From the human T2T-CHM13v2.0 reference genome, Homo sapiens, in the NCBI RefSeq assembly GCF_009914755.1, contig NC_060937.1: DNA of 64,000 nt; one strand, given 5' to 3'. This document shows positions 34,729 through 49,156 of this stretch, piece after piece (the first letter of the stretch is position 1; each line of letters opens with the position of its first letter). The notes below the pieces were generated by a model that was not told where the DNA came from, did no database searches, and saw nothing but the letters and a program-made list of their open reading frames with translations. Both the position numbers and the translations under genes were made by a program.

Positions 34729-35190
34729 AAAGAGGGGTGTTGAAATCCCCAACTATAATTGTCAACTTATCTATTTCTTTTTTTATCTTATCTGTTTTTG
34801 CTTCAAATACTTTGCAGCTCTCTTTGTTTTGGTGCATTTAGGATTGCTCTGCCTCCTTGGTGTATTGAATATTTTTATCATTATGTAATGCCTTTCTCTG
34901 TCTCTGGTAATTTTCTTTGCTCTGAATTATATTTTCACTGACATTAATATACCTATACCTGCTTCCTTTTAATTGATGTTTTATATGATATATCTTTTTA
35001 ATAGTATTATTTTCAACCTACCTATATAATTATATTTGAAGTGAGTTTTTAAAAATATGTAGCATAAAGGTGTGTGTGTGTCTGTGTTTACTACTCTGCC
35101 AATCTGTTTATTAATTGGTGTATTTTGACTGCATACATTTTCATTATTTTACTTTAATCTACTTGTGTCTTTTTGTTTAAAATGCAAATC

Positions 35191-35269
35191 TTTTTTTTCA
35201 TAATTTCAACTTTTATTTTAGATTCAGGGGTACATGTGCAGGTTTGTTACCTGGGTATCTTGTGTGATC
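35191..35269 (-). mobile_element. very short L1 3' terminus
   Basis: TTTTATTTTAGATTCAGGGGTACATGTGCAGG; TSD-like AATGCAARTC. Confidence 0.75.
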
Positions 35270-38200
35270 AGAATGCAAGTCCTACAGAAAGCATTTTGTT
35301 AGATCTATTTTTTATCTAGTCTGACAATCTTTGCCCTTTAATTGTACAGTTTGATTATTTACATTTAATGTACTTATGTGGTTGGATTTTGTTTTATTAT
35401 CTTACTATTTGATTTGTATTTGTTTCATCAGTTTTTGTGTGCATTTTCCCCTCTTTTCTTGCCTTCTTTTGAATACATTTTATTTAGCATTTTATTTTAT
35501 CTTCTCTATTGGCTTATTGGCTATTACTTTTTTTAAGTGGTTACTCTAAGGATTGCAATATAAAAATCTGGCTTATCATAATCAAATTTCAAGCAATATT
35601 ATATGACTAGAAATAGAATTCTAGTTTGGTAGCTATTTTCTTTAAAACATTTTAAATATTCCACTCTACTCTCTTCTTCCATGCACAATTTCTAACAAGA
35701 AGCTCTTGTGATTCTTATCATTGTTCCATATAGACAGTGTGTCCCCCCACTTCACACTGGCTCCTTTAAAGTTTTCTATTTGTTTTGGTATTCTCTAATT
35801 ATGCCTGTGCATGGATTTTTTGTTTTAATTTATTCTTGGTGTTCTCTGGCTATTTGAATCTGTGGTTTGAAGTCTGTCATTCATTTTGGAAAATTCTCTG
35901 CCATTACTTCTTCAAATATTTCTTCTTCCCTATTCTATCTTTCTTTCTTTTCTCTCTGGTATTCCCATTACGCATATGTTATACCTTTTGAAATTTGCTA
36001 ACAGTTCTTAACTATTCAGTATTTTTTATTTTTGTATTTTGCATTTCAGTTTGGGAAGTTCCTATTGCTGTATTTTCAGACTCACTGACTCTTCAGCGGT
36101 TTTTAGTCTACTGATTAGCCCATCAAAGGCATTCCTCATTTATTGCACAGAATTTAAAATAATTTCTTGTATTTCCTCTTGATTCATTATTAGAGTTTCT
36201 GTCTCTCTGTTTATGGTACTAATCTGTTCTTGCATATTGTCTCCTTTCTTATTTTTATTAGAGCTTTTTTATTTTTATTGAATATTGGCAAATTATAATG
36301 TATATATGTATAACCATAGTTATGTTTAATTGCTTTCCTAATCTCAACATCTGTATCATGTCTAAGTCTGGTTTTGAAGCTGGCTTTGTTTCTTCAGACT
36401 GTGTGGGTTTTGTTTATGTTTCTTTGACTTGTAGCATGCCTTGTATTTTCTTGTTGAAAGCTGGATATCTGGTAGTGTGGCAAATTTTACTGAGGTAAAT
36501 AAGTCTTTAGTATGAGGTTTTATGTTGATTTGGCTTAGAGTTAGACTGTGCTCATTGTTTGTTGTAGAGGTACATGCCATAGGCTTTCAATTGCTCTAGT
36601 GTCCTTGTTTTTGTCTTCCCTATTGACTTTGTGCTTCCCTAAGTACTTCTCCTCAGAGAGTCTGTGTTTGCAGCTCTTTCAGCTATGACCACTGTTATGA
36701 TACTGGGTCCCTGTTGATAATTGTGGCAAACTGTTGGGGGATTGTTGGGGAGGCATTCTGTAATTTTATTAAATCTCAGTCATTTAGCAGACCTGTCTCC
36801 CTGGGCTGTAAACTTCACTATTGTTTTTTAGCTTTATGGCCCTCCTTTTCTCCATCTGGTAAGACAGGAAGGTTCAAGGGGGCTGGAGAGGGAGAAATGT
36901 CCTTCCCCCAGGTCAAATAAGACTTTGGTAATGTATTTTTCACAGGTGAGTAAACCTTTTAAAAGATAATGCTCTCAGTATATCTCACAATTGTTACTCT
37001 TCCCCTGCTCTGAGCTGCAAGACGATCTTTGAGAGCTCTTCACTATGAGAACCTAGTGAAATTACTGGAGGTAAAAACCCATGAAAGTATGAGGGCCTCC
37101 CCTAACACCTTGGCTCCCAAGATTCTCTCACTTTCATGACAGTCCACACTCAGCCTCCAGCAATTTGTCAGAATTACATTTAAGTGTTCCAACTCTTTTA
37201 GGGCCCTCTTGGCCTCTGCTTTAGATAAGCAGATCTTAGCTGTGACTCTGGTGTTACTTGTTTCTCCAGATTTTAGGGTGGCAGTTTTTCCTATGACCTC
37301 AATGTTTTGATGGGTCTAAAAAAATTATACATTTTTAATTTGTTCAGGTTTTTCTATTGTAATAATGGCAGTGATTACTTCCAAGGTCTTTACATGTTGG
37401 ACCTGATACCAGAAGTCTGCATCATTTTTGAAAGACATTTTGCTGGGTATAGAATTCAAATTTGATGTGTTTTTCTTTCATAACTTTAAATGTGTTCTAT
37501 TATCTTCTAGCTGCTATATTTTCTCATGAGAAGTCATACTTATCTTTGTTCCTGTATATGTAGTGGGAGGTTTTGTTTGGTTATTTTTGCTCTGGGCTTC
37601 TTTTAAGTTCTCTTTATTTATGGTTTTGAGCAATATGATTCTACTGAGCCTACTATTCCTATCTTTGTTGTTAATCTCTGGGCTTTTTTTTTTCTTCTTC
37701 AACTTGTGGGTTTAGGAACTTATGGAAATTGTCTTCAATTGTTCTCTTTTGGCCTCTCTTTTATTTCTGGGACTCCAATTGCATGTATATTACCTCATTT
37801 GATATTCTACAGGTCATTGAGAATGTTTTAATTTACTTATTTTTAATTTTTCTTCCCCTCTGTACTTCATTTTGGATAGATTCTATTATTATACTTCCAG
37901 TTACAGTCTTCTTGTCTAATCCAGTGATAATCTTTGTGGGAATAATTTTCATTTAAGAAATTACAATTTTCATCATAATTTTCTAAAAGTTACATTTGCT
38001 TCTTTTTCATTTTATGTTTACTTATACTCTTTGTTTTCTTTGAAATACTTGAACATATTGAACACATTTATAATAGTATTAAAGTTCTTGTCTATTATTA
38101 TTTGTATATTTGTTCCAATTTCTAAATCTGTTTCTACTTGTTTTTCTTCTGTGGGTCATATTTTCTAGCTTTTTATCTCCTAGGAATTTGATGGGTCACT

Positions 38201-39939
38201 TGACATCATGAATTTTACACTTTTGAGTCCTGGGTTTTGTTGTACTATTTCAAATAGTGTTAAGTTTTGTTAGGCAGACTGGATGATCTTTTTGAGGATA
38301 ACTTACAGCTTTTTCTTGGGAGGAACCAGTCTGCAGCAGCCTTTACTATAGGGCTAGGATGATCCCACTACTAAGGCATGAGCATTCTTAGGTCTCTACA
38401 GAATGCCTTGTGTGTTCAATAAGGTTGTTTTCACATTGTCTTGTGGGAACTCAAGCTGTTAGTGAGTTCAGGGTGTTTTTCTGCCTGTAACACATTGGTA
38501 ATTGTTTTTTTACCCAGAAATTGTTCTTTCTCTAGTATCATGAAGTATGACCATATGCATGTTCAGATTAGTTTTAGCTAAAAACTGAAACCTTATACAT
38601 ATTTATGCAGTTTGTTCTCTGTTTAACTCTCCTTTCTGATGTTCTGCCCCACAGTTCCTCTATGGCCACCCATAACTTCCATCCCCACTAATTAGTGTTG
38701 TCACTAGATTCTATTTACATCCTACTCCTCCACGCTATGGTCTTAAAATTGCTTCAGGCAAAAAGCCAGGGCAGTTGTAGGGCACATCTTGTTTGATGTC
38801 TCTCAAAGTCACACACCTGTACTGCATGAATTCCAATATTTAAAAATAATAGTTTCTTATATTTTATATTTTTAAAAAATATTTTACTGTGCTTTTCATA
38901 GAAATTGCTGCTTCATAGGCAGAAGTGATATTCATGGTGTTCCATTTTAATGTGCATATTTTCTTTTTCCTTCAATTCGGAAAATATTTTCCATTATGTG
39001 TTTGAATATTTTTCTTAATCCATTTGTTGTCTTTAGGGAGAAACAGATATTATCAATTTCCAGTACTTTTTTTAACACTGAGGTAGCTCAATTAATGTAA
39101 TTTCACTCCTTTACTGAGTTCATTCCAGAGAGCAATCAGAGATGCATCTGAGCTTTACATTTGAGATAAATAAATTAAACCTGCTTGACTTAGTTTCTAC
39201 TCTTTTTCCTGTGAGAAATAAAAGCCTGCAGGAAATGAGAACTAGGAAGCAGGATAACTTTTGCTTTCCATGCAGTACGTCTTACTAGATCAGACCACCC
39301 ACCTCCTATCTTGAAGAGTGAAATGAGCAAAATATTCATGAATATTGCGTATGCCTGGAAAAATATGCTTAATTCTTGTTTCAGTTAGAACATTTGGCTT
39401 TCATACTAAATTAGATAATCTAGGTTTGCATTTTTCATAAAGGTGATATTTTGCTTGACTATATTCTGATATCTTCTTTTTCATTTTGTAATAATCTTAG
39501 CAGGAAAGAAGGGTGGTATTTGTTGAGGCTCTTTGAAAGGCAAACATTTGGTGTATGGGTCAGAAACATTGCAAGATATAACAGTAGAATTTGCAGATAT
39601 ATGTAACATATGCAGAAGCCTTTGTTGTGGTTTTGTACATTTGAGTTTAACGTGTGGGTAGATTTTTTTGACCTTGGCAGTTGTAGAAGTTTATATTGCA
39701 CTAACTTTCCATTGCTACTGCCTTTGGGCACATGGCGTTTGATTTTGTCTGTAACTGTAGCTTATATGGGCTTGATGCACAAGTGGGTGAGTTTCTATAG
39801 ATTTAGGAACATTTCAGGATTTAGAAAAACCTGCCCATGGGGCTGGCTGTTTGCAGCCTTATTAAGAGTGTGTAGAGACACTCTCTTAGGTGCCAAGTGT
39901 ATGCAGGGCCACTGACAAGAGCTTGTAGAAGATAGAGGA

Positions 39940-41427
39940 CTTTCCCCTTCTCCCTTCTTCTCTCTCTCTTCTCCCTTCTTCTCCCTTCTCTTCCCTTCTC
40001 TTCCCTTCTCTTCCCTTCTCTTCCCTTCTCTTCCCTTCTCTTCCCTTCTCCTCCCTTCTCTTCCCTTCTCCTCCCTTCTCCCATCTCCCTATCATCCCCC
40101 ATTCTCCCCTTCCCCTTCTCCCCCCATCTCCTCATTTCTCCCCCCATCTCCTCATTTCTCCCCCCATCTCCTCATTTCTCCCCCCATCTCCCCACTTCTC
40201 CCACATCTCCCCACTTCTTCCCCATCTCCCCACTTCTCCCCCATCTCCCCACTTCTCCCCCATCTCCCCACTTCTCCCCATCTCCCCACTTCTCCCCCAT
40301 CTCCCCCCATCTCCCCCTTCTCCCCCCATCTCCCCCATCTCCCCCATCTCCCCACTTCTCCCCCCATCTCCCCACTTCTCCCCATCTCCCCACTTCTCCC
40401 CCCATCTCCCCACTTCTCCCCCCATCTCCCCACTTCTCCCCATCTCCCCACTTCTCCCCCCATCTCCCCACTTCTCCCCCCATCTCCCCACTTCTCCCCC
40501 CATCTCCCCACTTCTCCCCATCTCCCCACTTCTCCCCCCATCTCCCCACTTCTCCCCCCATCTCCCCACTTCTCCCCATCTCCCCACTTCTCCCCCCATC
40601 TCCCCACTTCTCCCCCCATCTCCCCACTTCTCCCCCCATCTCCCCACTTCTCCCCATCTCCCCACTTCTCCCACATCTCCCCACTTCTCCCCCATCTCCC
40701 CACTTCTCCCCATCTCCCCATCTCCCCACTTCTCCCCCATCTCCCCACTTCTCCCCATCTCCCCATCTCCCCACTTCTCCCCCCATCTCCCCACTTCTCC
40801 CCCCATCTCCCCACTTCTCCCCATCTCCCCACTTCTCCCACATCTCCCCACTTCTCCCCCATCTCCCCACTTCTCCCCATCTCCCCACTTCTCCCCCATC
40901 TCCCCCCATCTCCCCCCATCTCCCCCCATCTCATCTCCCCCCTTCTCCCCCGTTCTCCCCCGTTCTCCCCCGTTCTCCCCCGTTCTCCCCCGTTCTCCCC
41001 CATCTCCCCCATCTCCCCCATCTCCCCCTTCTCCCCCCTTCTCCCCCCTTCTCCCCCCTTCTCTCCCCCCTTCTCTCCCCCCTTCTCTCCCCCCTTCTCT
41101 CTTCCCTTCTCTTCTCCCTTCTCCCCCTTCTCTTCTCCCTTCTCCCCCTTCTCTTCTCCCTTCTCCCCCCTTCTCTTCTCCCTTCTCCCCCTTCTCTTCT
41201 CCCTTCTCCCCCCTTCTCTTCTCCCTTCTCCCCCTTCTCTTCTCCCTTCTCCCCCCTTCTCTTCTCCCTTCTCCCCCTTCTCTTCTCCCTTCTCCCCCTT
41301 CTCTTCTCCCTTCTCCCCCTTTCTCTTCTCCCTTCTCCCCCTTTCTCTTCTCCCTTCTCCCCCCTTCTCTTCTCCCTTCTCCCCCCTTCTCTTCTCCCTT
41401 CTCCCCCCTTCTCCCCACTTCTTTTTT
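39940..41427. repeat. composite polypyrimidine VNTR (~1.5 kb)
   Basis: (CCCTTCTCTT)n, then (CCCCACTTCTC4-6ATCT)n, (CCCCCGTTCT)x5 and (CCCTTCTCTTCTCCCTTCTCC)n. Confidence 0.97.
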
Positions 41428-41659
41428 GCCAGAGCACACAGAGGTAAACAGAACTTTGACAAAGAAACACAGATCCTAGCAGGTAGGCTGTGAACTGTTA
41501 TCATAAGAAGACAACCACACCGGTAGCCGGAACCACACCTATGAGCAGATTTCAGGGATGTCTTAGAATACAGGCTTAAATAGTTTTTAATGCACACTTA
41601 GTTTTTCCTAAGCACATTAGCTGAAGTGTGATACATTAATTGCACTAATAGTTTCTATG

Positions 41660-42079
41660 GCCTCTTGTATCCAAGCTCTTTTAATAGTGTTCTGATTCTG
41701 GGCTTGTCCACATGAATTTCTTTGGCCACTAGGATAATAGCAAACATGATTCAAGTAGAGGTTTGAGAAAGTGCTTGCATGATTCTACTTTTTTCCTTGG
41801 AAACCTAATATTGTTATGAAAACAAGTCTGTGTAGTTTGTTGGAGGATATGAGGCCAAATGAAGCAGGAACATTTTTCTAATGATGCTAGTCTAGCTTAC
41901 CTGACCTTTATTTCTTTAGCTGACTGAAAATCCATGGAAGAACCCAAATGAGAGCAGCTGAGTCCAGTTTAGATCAAAAAAAGTCCAGCTGATATGTAGA
42001 TTTATAGGAAGTACTAAGTAGTTCTTGTCTTAAGCCTCTAAGTTTTAGGATAGTTTGTTACACAGCAATAACTACTACA
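41660..42079 (+). mobile_element. MLT1G/H-like LTR
   Basis: TTAAGCCTCTAAGTTTTAGGATAGTTTGTTACACAGCAATA 3' end. Confidence 0.75.
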
Positions 42080-43770
42080 TGGATCAAAGTTCCAGAAATA
42101 GAGAAGAGGGTTCCTTAGAGGCTTCTTAAGCATTTTTGGCCACTTCTCTACTTCCACAATTGGTTCACTTAAACTGTCAGGCAGGTGAGATTTTTGGCTT
42201 TAATTCTTAATTTCAGACCCATGTAGTTAGTGCTAGACAGACTCACACAAATTCAGCTGAATCTTTCTGAGAACAGAAGAGTGAAAAAGACATTGGATAA
42301 AGAAATGATTCTGATTCTCAGGACCTGAAACATTGCATGGGTACTTTCTTCACTAAAGTTTTAAGAAATATTATTAGTTACTTCATATTATGAATCTCTT
42401 AAGATTTTTTTTTTTTGGTTAAATGTGGAGGCAAGATGAAAACTTAATTAGGAAGCTTGGCTTTATTTTTCTTCTAATTTTAAATGCCTAAGCTGTTGTT
42501 TAGCAAGAGATAACATCCATTGAGGTATAAGGCTGAAGATGCCTGGTCACAAGAATTTGTGGATGCTGTCTTACCAGATAGAAACTATATTAAGTTTAGC
42601 ACTGAGGTGAATGAAGACCAAGAGGTTTTGAGTGTGTTTTAAAGAGGGAAAAAAGGTACCTCGAATAAAATCAAGAGACTGGGGCTGTCTACTGCAAATT
42701 TCTATCTTTATAAGAAGCAGCATACACATCAGGATACTCTACAGGAAAAAACAACCCCCAATCTCAGTGGCTCTTAACACAATTGTATTAGTCTGTTTGT
42801 GTTACTACAGAGGAATACTTGAGACTGGGTAATTTCTAAAGAAAAGAGGTTTAATTTGCTCACAGTTCTGCAGTCTATACAGGAAGTGGCTTCTGCTTCT
42901 AGGGAGGCCTCAGGAAACATACAATCATGGCAGAAGGCAAAGGGGAAGCAGGCACATTCTACATGGCCAGAGCAGGAGGAAGAGAGAGTGAGGGGAGATG
43001 CTACACACTTTTAAACAAGCAGATCTCCTGAGAACGCTATCATGAGAACAGCCCTAGGGGTAGGATGCTTAACCATTCATGAGAAACCACCCCCATGATT
43101 CAATCACCTTCCACCAGGCCCCACGTCCAACACTGGGGATTACAATTCAACATGAGATTTGGTGGGAGCACAGATCCAAACTGTATTATTCCACCCCTGG
43201 CCCCTCCAAATCACATGTCCTTCTCACATTGCAAAATCCAATCATGGCTTCCCAACAGTACCCCAAAGTCTTCTCATTCCAGCCCTAATTTCAAAGTCCA
43301 GTGTCTCATCCAGGTAAGGCTTGTCCCTTCTACTTATGAGCTCATAAAATCAAAAACAAGTTAGTTACTCCCAAGATACAATGAGGGTACAAATACTCCT
43401 GTTTCAAAGGGGAGAAATTGGCCAAAAGAAGGGGGCTACATGCCCCATGCACATCTGAAATCCAGCAGGACAGTCATTAAACTTTAAAGCTCCAAAATAA
43501 TCTTTGACTCTATGTCCCACATCCTGGGCATACTGGTACAAGGTGTGGGCTCCTAAGGCCTTTGGAAGCTCCATCCCTGTGGCTTTCCAGGGTTTAGCCC
43601 CCACGTCTGCTTTCAAGGACTAGTGTTGAGTGCCTGCAGCTTTTCCAGGGAAGGGTGCAAGCTGCTGGTAGATCCACTCTTCTTTTGTCTGAATGTGTTA
43701 GTCCATTTTCACTCAGCTAAAAAGAACTACTTGAGATTGGGTAATTTATAAAGGAAAGAGGCTTAATTGA

Positions 43771-44569
<799 letters not shown>

Positions 44570-46296
44570 AAGGCACATCTTATATGGCAGCAGGAGGGAG
44601 AGAGAGAGAGTGAACAGAGGGAAAGTGCCACATTTCAAAACCAATAGATCTCATGAGAACTCACATATCACCAGAACAGCATGGGGGAAACCACCCCCAT
44701 GATTCAATTGTATCCCACTAGGTCCCTCCCTCAACATGTGTGGATTGCAATTCAGATTATAATTCGAGATGAGATTTGGGTGGGGATGCAGCCGTATCAT
44801 ATGACTGGAGGATGGTGGCCCTCTTCTCAGAACTTCACTAGGCAGTGCCTCAGTGGGGACTCTGTGTGAGGGCTCCAATCTCATATTTCCCCTTCACACT
44901 GCCCTAGTAGAGGTTCTCCATGAGGGCTCCACCCCTGCATTAACATTCAGGCATTTCCATACATCTTTTGAAATCTAGGCAGAGGCTCCCAGGCCTCAAC
45001 TGTTGTGCTCTGTGTGCCCACAGGCTTAACACCATGTGGCAGCCTCCAAGGCTTATGGCCTGCACCCTCTGGAATAGTAGCATGAACTGTACCTGGACCG
45101 TTTTGAGGTATGGCTGGAGCTGGAGTGGCTAGGATGCAGGGACCAGTGTCCTGAGGCTATGAAGGGCAGCAGGGCCCTGGATCTGGCCTAGGAAACCATT
45201 CTGTCCTCCTAGGTCTCTGGGCCTGTGAGGGTAGGGGCTGCCACGAAGGTCTCTGAAATGCCTTTGGTTTTTTTTTCCCCATTGTCTTGGATATTAGCAA
45301 CTGGCTTCTCTTTACTTACGCAAATTTCTGCTGCTGGCTTGCATTCCTCCCTAGAAAATGGGTTTTTCTTTTCTATTGCATGGCCAGGCTGCAAATTTTC
45401 CAAAATTTTACACTCTGATTTCCTTTTAAATATAAATTCCAGTTTCAGGTCATTTCTTTGCTCACGCATATGAGTATAGGTTGTTAGAGGCAGCCAGGGC
45501 ACTTTTTCAATAAGCAGCATGGAATACTATGCTGCTTAGAAATTTCTTCCACCAGATACCCTAAAATCATCAGTGTCAAGTTCAAAGTTCCACAGATCCC
45601 TAAAGTGGGAGTACAATGCAGACAAATTCTTTGCTAAAGCATAACAAAAGTGACATTTGCTCCACTTCCCAGTAAGATCTTCATCTCTGAGACCTCCTTA
45701 GCCTGGACTTCATCATCCATATCACTGTCAACATTTTGGTCACAAGCATTCAGCAAGTCCCTAGGAACTTCCAAATTTTCCTTCATCTACCTGTCTTCTT
45801 CTGAGCTCTCCACACTCTTCCAGCCTCTGCCTGTTACCCAGTTCTGAAGCTGCTTCCATATTTTCAGGTATCTTTATAGCAATGCCCCACTCCTTGGTAC
45901 CATTTTTTTTTAAGTTAGATTATTCTTGTACTGCTATAAATACTTAAGACAGGGAAATTTATAAAAGAGCTTCAATTGGCTCACAGTTCTGCAGGCTGTA
46001 CAGGAAAGCATAGCAGCTTCTGCTTTTAGGGGAGGTTTCTGGAAACTTACAATCATGATGGAAGGTGAAGGGGAAGCAGTCACATCTTACATGGCCAGAG
46101 CAGGAGGAAGAGACAGGAGGTGGTACACACTTTTAAACAACCACATACCATGAGAAAAGCGCTAGAGAGATGGTGCTAAACCATTCATGAGAAACCACCT
46201 CCATGATTCAATCACCTCCCACCAGGCCCCACCTCCATCACTGGGGATTACAATTTCACATGAGATTTGGTGGGAATTCAGATCCAAACTATATCA

Positions 46297-46567
46297 CTTA
46301 CAATCATGGCAGAGGTGAACGGAGAGACAACACATCACTTGGAGAGAGTGGGAACAACAGAGAGGGAGGAAGGAGGTCCTAGGCTTTTAAACAACCAGAT
46401 TTTGCATGAACTGAGTGAGAGTTCACTTATCACCATGGGGATGGTGCTACGTTATTCATGAGGGATCTGCTCCCATGATCCACTAACCTCTCACCAGGCC
46501 CCACCTCAACACTGGGAATCACATTTCAATGTGAGATTTGTAAAGGACAAACATCCAAATGATATCA
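46297..46567 (-). mobile_element. additional partial MST LTR
   Basis: second LTR half ending GGACAAACATCCAAATGATATCA directly abutting the complete LTR. Confidence 0.8.
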
Positions 46568-47884
46568 ACAACTTTACTTTTTTCACTTATCTTATGTCCT
46601 GTATGGCTCACAACAGTCTTTTAGGGACGTAGGGTGAGAGATGCTGCACCTCAACACTCACTTCCATAATCACTAAGTCAATAAATAAATAAATAGGGCC
46701 TGTGAATTACATACTAGCTCTTAAAGCCACAACATGGAAAAAACATATGGCACTTTTATTCACATTTTTATGGCCTAAAAAAGTTAGAGAAAGGGAAGTA
46801 GAATCCTTTTGTTTGCCTGGAAGGAGAGGGAAACAGAACATATCTTAATATCTTCCACAGTTGTTCTGTGCAATAAAATATTTCTTTTAGTTTTCTTTTT
46901 ATGTGCAAAATATACTTACTCCCACCCCAAGAGAAACAACCAAAAAGTCTCATAGAGCAATGACACCAAATGCAAAGCCTGGGATACCTGGTGATATGCT
47001 GTAGTCTCTACAGCTGGTCTAGATGCGGTGCTTTTTGGTCTAGAGACTTTAGGGCTGAAGTGGTAAGTTTTCTCTCTTTTGCACATCAAATATACAATGA
47101 TGGTATTGGATAATTACAGTAAACTTTCCCACTTGGAAAAGGAACAATTGGGAAATGCACAGTAGAGCAATTCTAACATCCCACTGCACAGACATTTTGA
47201 GAGATCTTTCACTGAGAGTGAGCACTGGCCCTCTTTTTTATAATGCAGGTTCAATTCATGTAATTCATGGCCTCTGTCCACCTCTTTATTCATTCTATCC
47301 AGAGAAAGTAGAGTGATTTATCATTAATAAATTATGCAAAATGAACTGGGGATGCTTACTTAGGTCAGCTCTACCTTTCTTTGTCATGGGAATGAGCAGC
47401 CTCAGGTAATGAACATTCACCTGTGCTTCTCCATGTCCACGATTTAGATACTCCATCCTTCTATTAATACTTCTCAGGTGAAATGGTCTACTCTGATTTA
47501 GCATTGCCTAGTGGGCAAGGTAAGCCTGTCAAATACTGATTCAGATAGCACATCTATTTAGCTGCACAACTAAGCTATATCCTCTGCCTTCATTAATAAT
47601 AATGTAATAATGGTGATATTTTGATTTTTTTTATCATTGACTTTATTTCTTTTTTTTCAGATGGGAATGATTAAACAGATTTATCTCAGAGAATTAAAAA
47701 TTGGGTTTTCTATTTTAGAAATTCCATTTAGCTTTATGTTTGAATGTGTTTTATCAGTATTTTCTCTAATTGCGTTGATCCATTTGTTTTATCACGTGTC
47801 CATGACTTTTTCCAGGATGTTCTTTAATGTTAGGAATAATATTTTTAGGATTCCTATTGTGTTTTTCTTTCTAATCTTTAAAAG

Positions 47885-47955
47885 TTATTTAATAGTGTCA
47901 TTTTAGTCCTAAATTTTTAAAAAATTATTTAATAGTGTCATTTTAGTCCTAAATT
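47885..47955. repeat. 31-bp direct duplication with a 9-bp spacer
   Basis: TTATTTAATAGTGTCATTTTAGTCCTAAATT at 47885 and 47925. Confidence 0.9.
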
Positions 47956-49156
47956 ACTTTTTCTGCAGACTTCTCTTTTATACTGTTTTGCTGATATTTG
48001 AGTCATAGTCCAGATGTAGATGAAAATCTACGTTAATTTTTGGAGATCTTGAAAAACTGAATAAGAGTGATGAGGGGACGGAAGTGTAAAGATAGCCCTT
48101 GAATGTCTGGCTTCAATAATTGGATGGTACTATTAATTGATATCAAGATTTCAGCAGGAGGAAAACATTTTGATTATAGAAAGAAATTTGTTTGCACATT
48201 GGACCTGATTGTTTTTCCAGAAACACCTTATACTTGAAAAATTAGAAATTTTGATTAGTGAAAAAGGAAAAAAAATGAATCACAGGGCAGACCTGAGTGG
48301 GTTGTCTCTATTTGGGTAGAGAAACTTAAGAGACCTGTAAACACTGAGTTTCTGAAGACAGTGGCTCTAAAATGTTAGGAAAGAGTGCTAAAAATTATTG
48401 AAAAGGTGACGAAGACTAACTTAAGTTTCAGTAATTTATGTCAGTTTTTACAATCCTGAACTTCAATAAAAAGGAAACCGTGTTTCTTTTTTTCATGGTT
48501 TCTTATTTGTATATATTATGATCCCAAGTTCCAGAATTCATTATTCTCTGTAATACCATAATTCCACCTTGCAGGTTAGTGAGATAATATTAGAATCTAG
48601 GAGCTATTTATAAAATAGGAAAAAAGCTTCAATTTCCAAAAGAAGACAATATATAAGAAAGTGCTATTGAATTGCATCGAAGATAAAACAGGAATTCAAG
48701 AAAAAGGGCTGAGGGTTGGCTGTTCTTGGTCTCTCATCTCCACATCTTCCCACGCTTCTAGTCCATCTCCATGAGTTAGAGAACTTGGCTACTATCAGCT
48801 AGGGGAATACTGAGTAGGAGATTTCTACTCAGTATTATAAAACATAATGTAATAATGTTGAAAAACACTAAAAAGAAAAAGAAAACAATCACCAATACTT
48901 CCATCACTTTAATGCAGTTATTGGAATGTTTTATTCATTTCTTTCTAGTCATATTCTATAGATTTATATATATATTTTAGATGGTTGCAATCTTAGATTG
49001 ATTTTTTTTCTCAATTAGTAACATAAGCATTTAAAAAAATGTTGCTATATGGTCTGCATACTTTTTAAAATGGCTTTTAAGTTTGTTTTTGAGGGGAGAT
49101 TTGAATGCTAAATTTTAACATTTTTGCCACTTTAAATAATGCTTTTATGATTATAC

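Noticed and set aside
39821-41597. Long ORFs (435, 481, 245 and 179 aa) rich in G/E/R/W/K
   Set aside because: Translations of the purine strand of a VNTR that lacks stop codons; open in several frames, with no domain.
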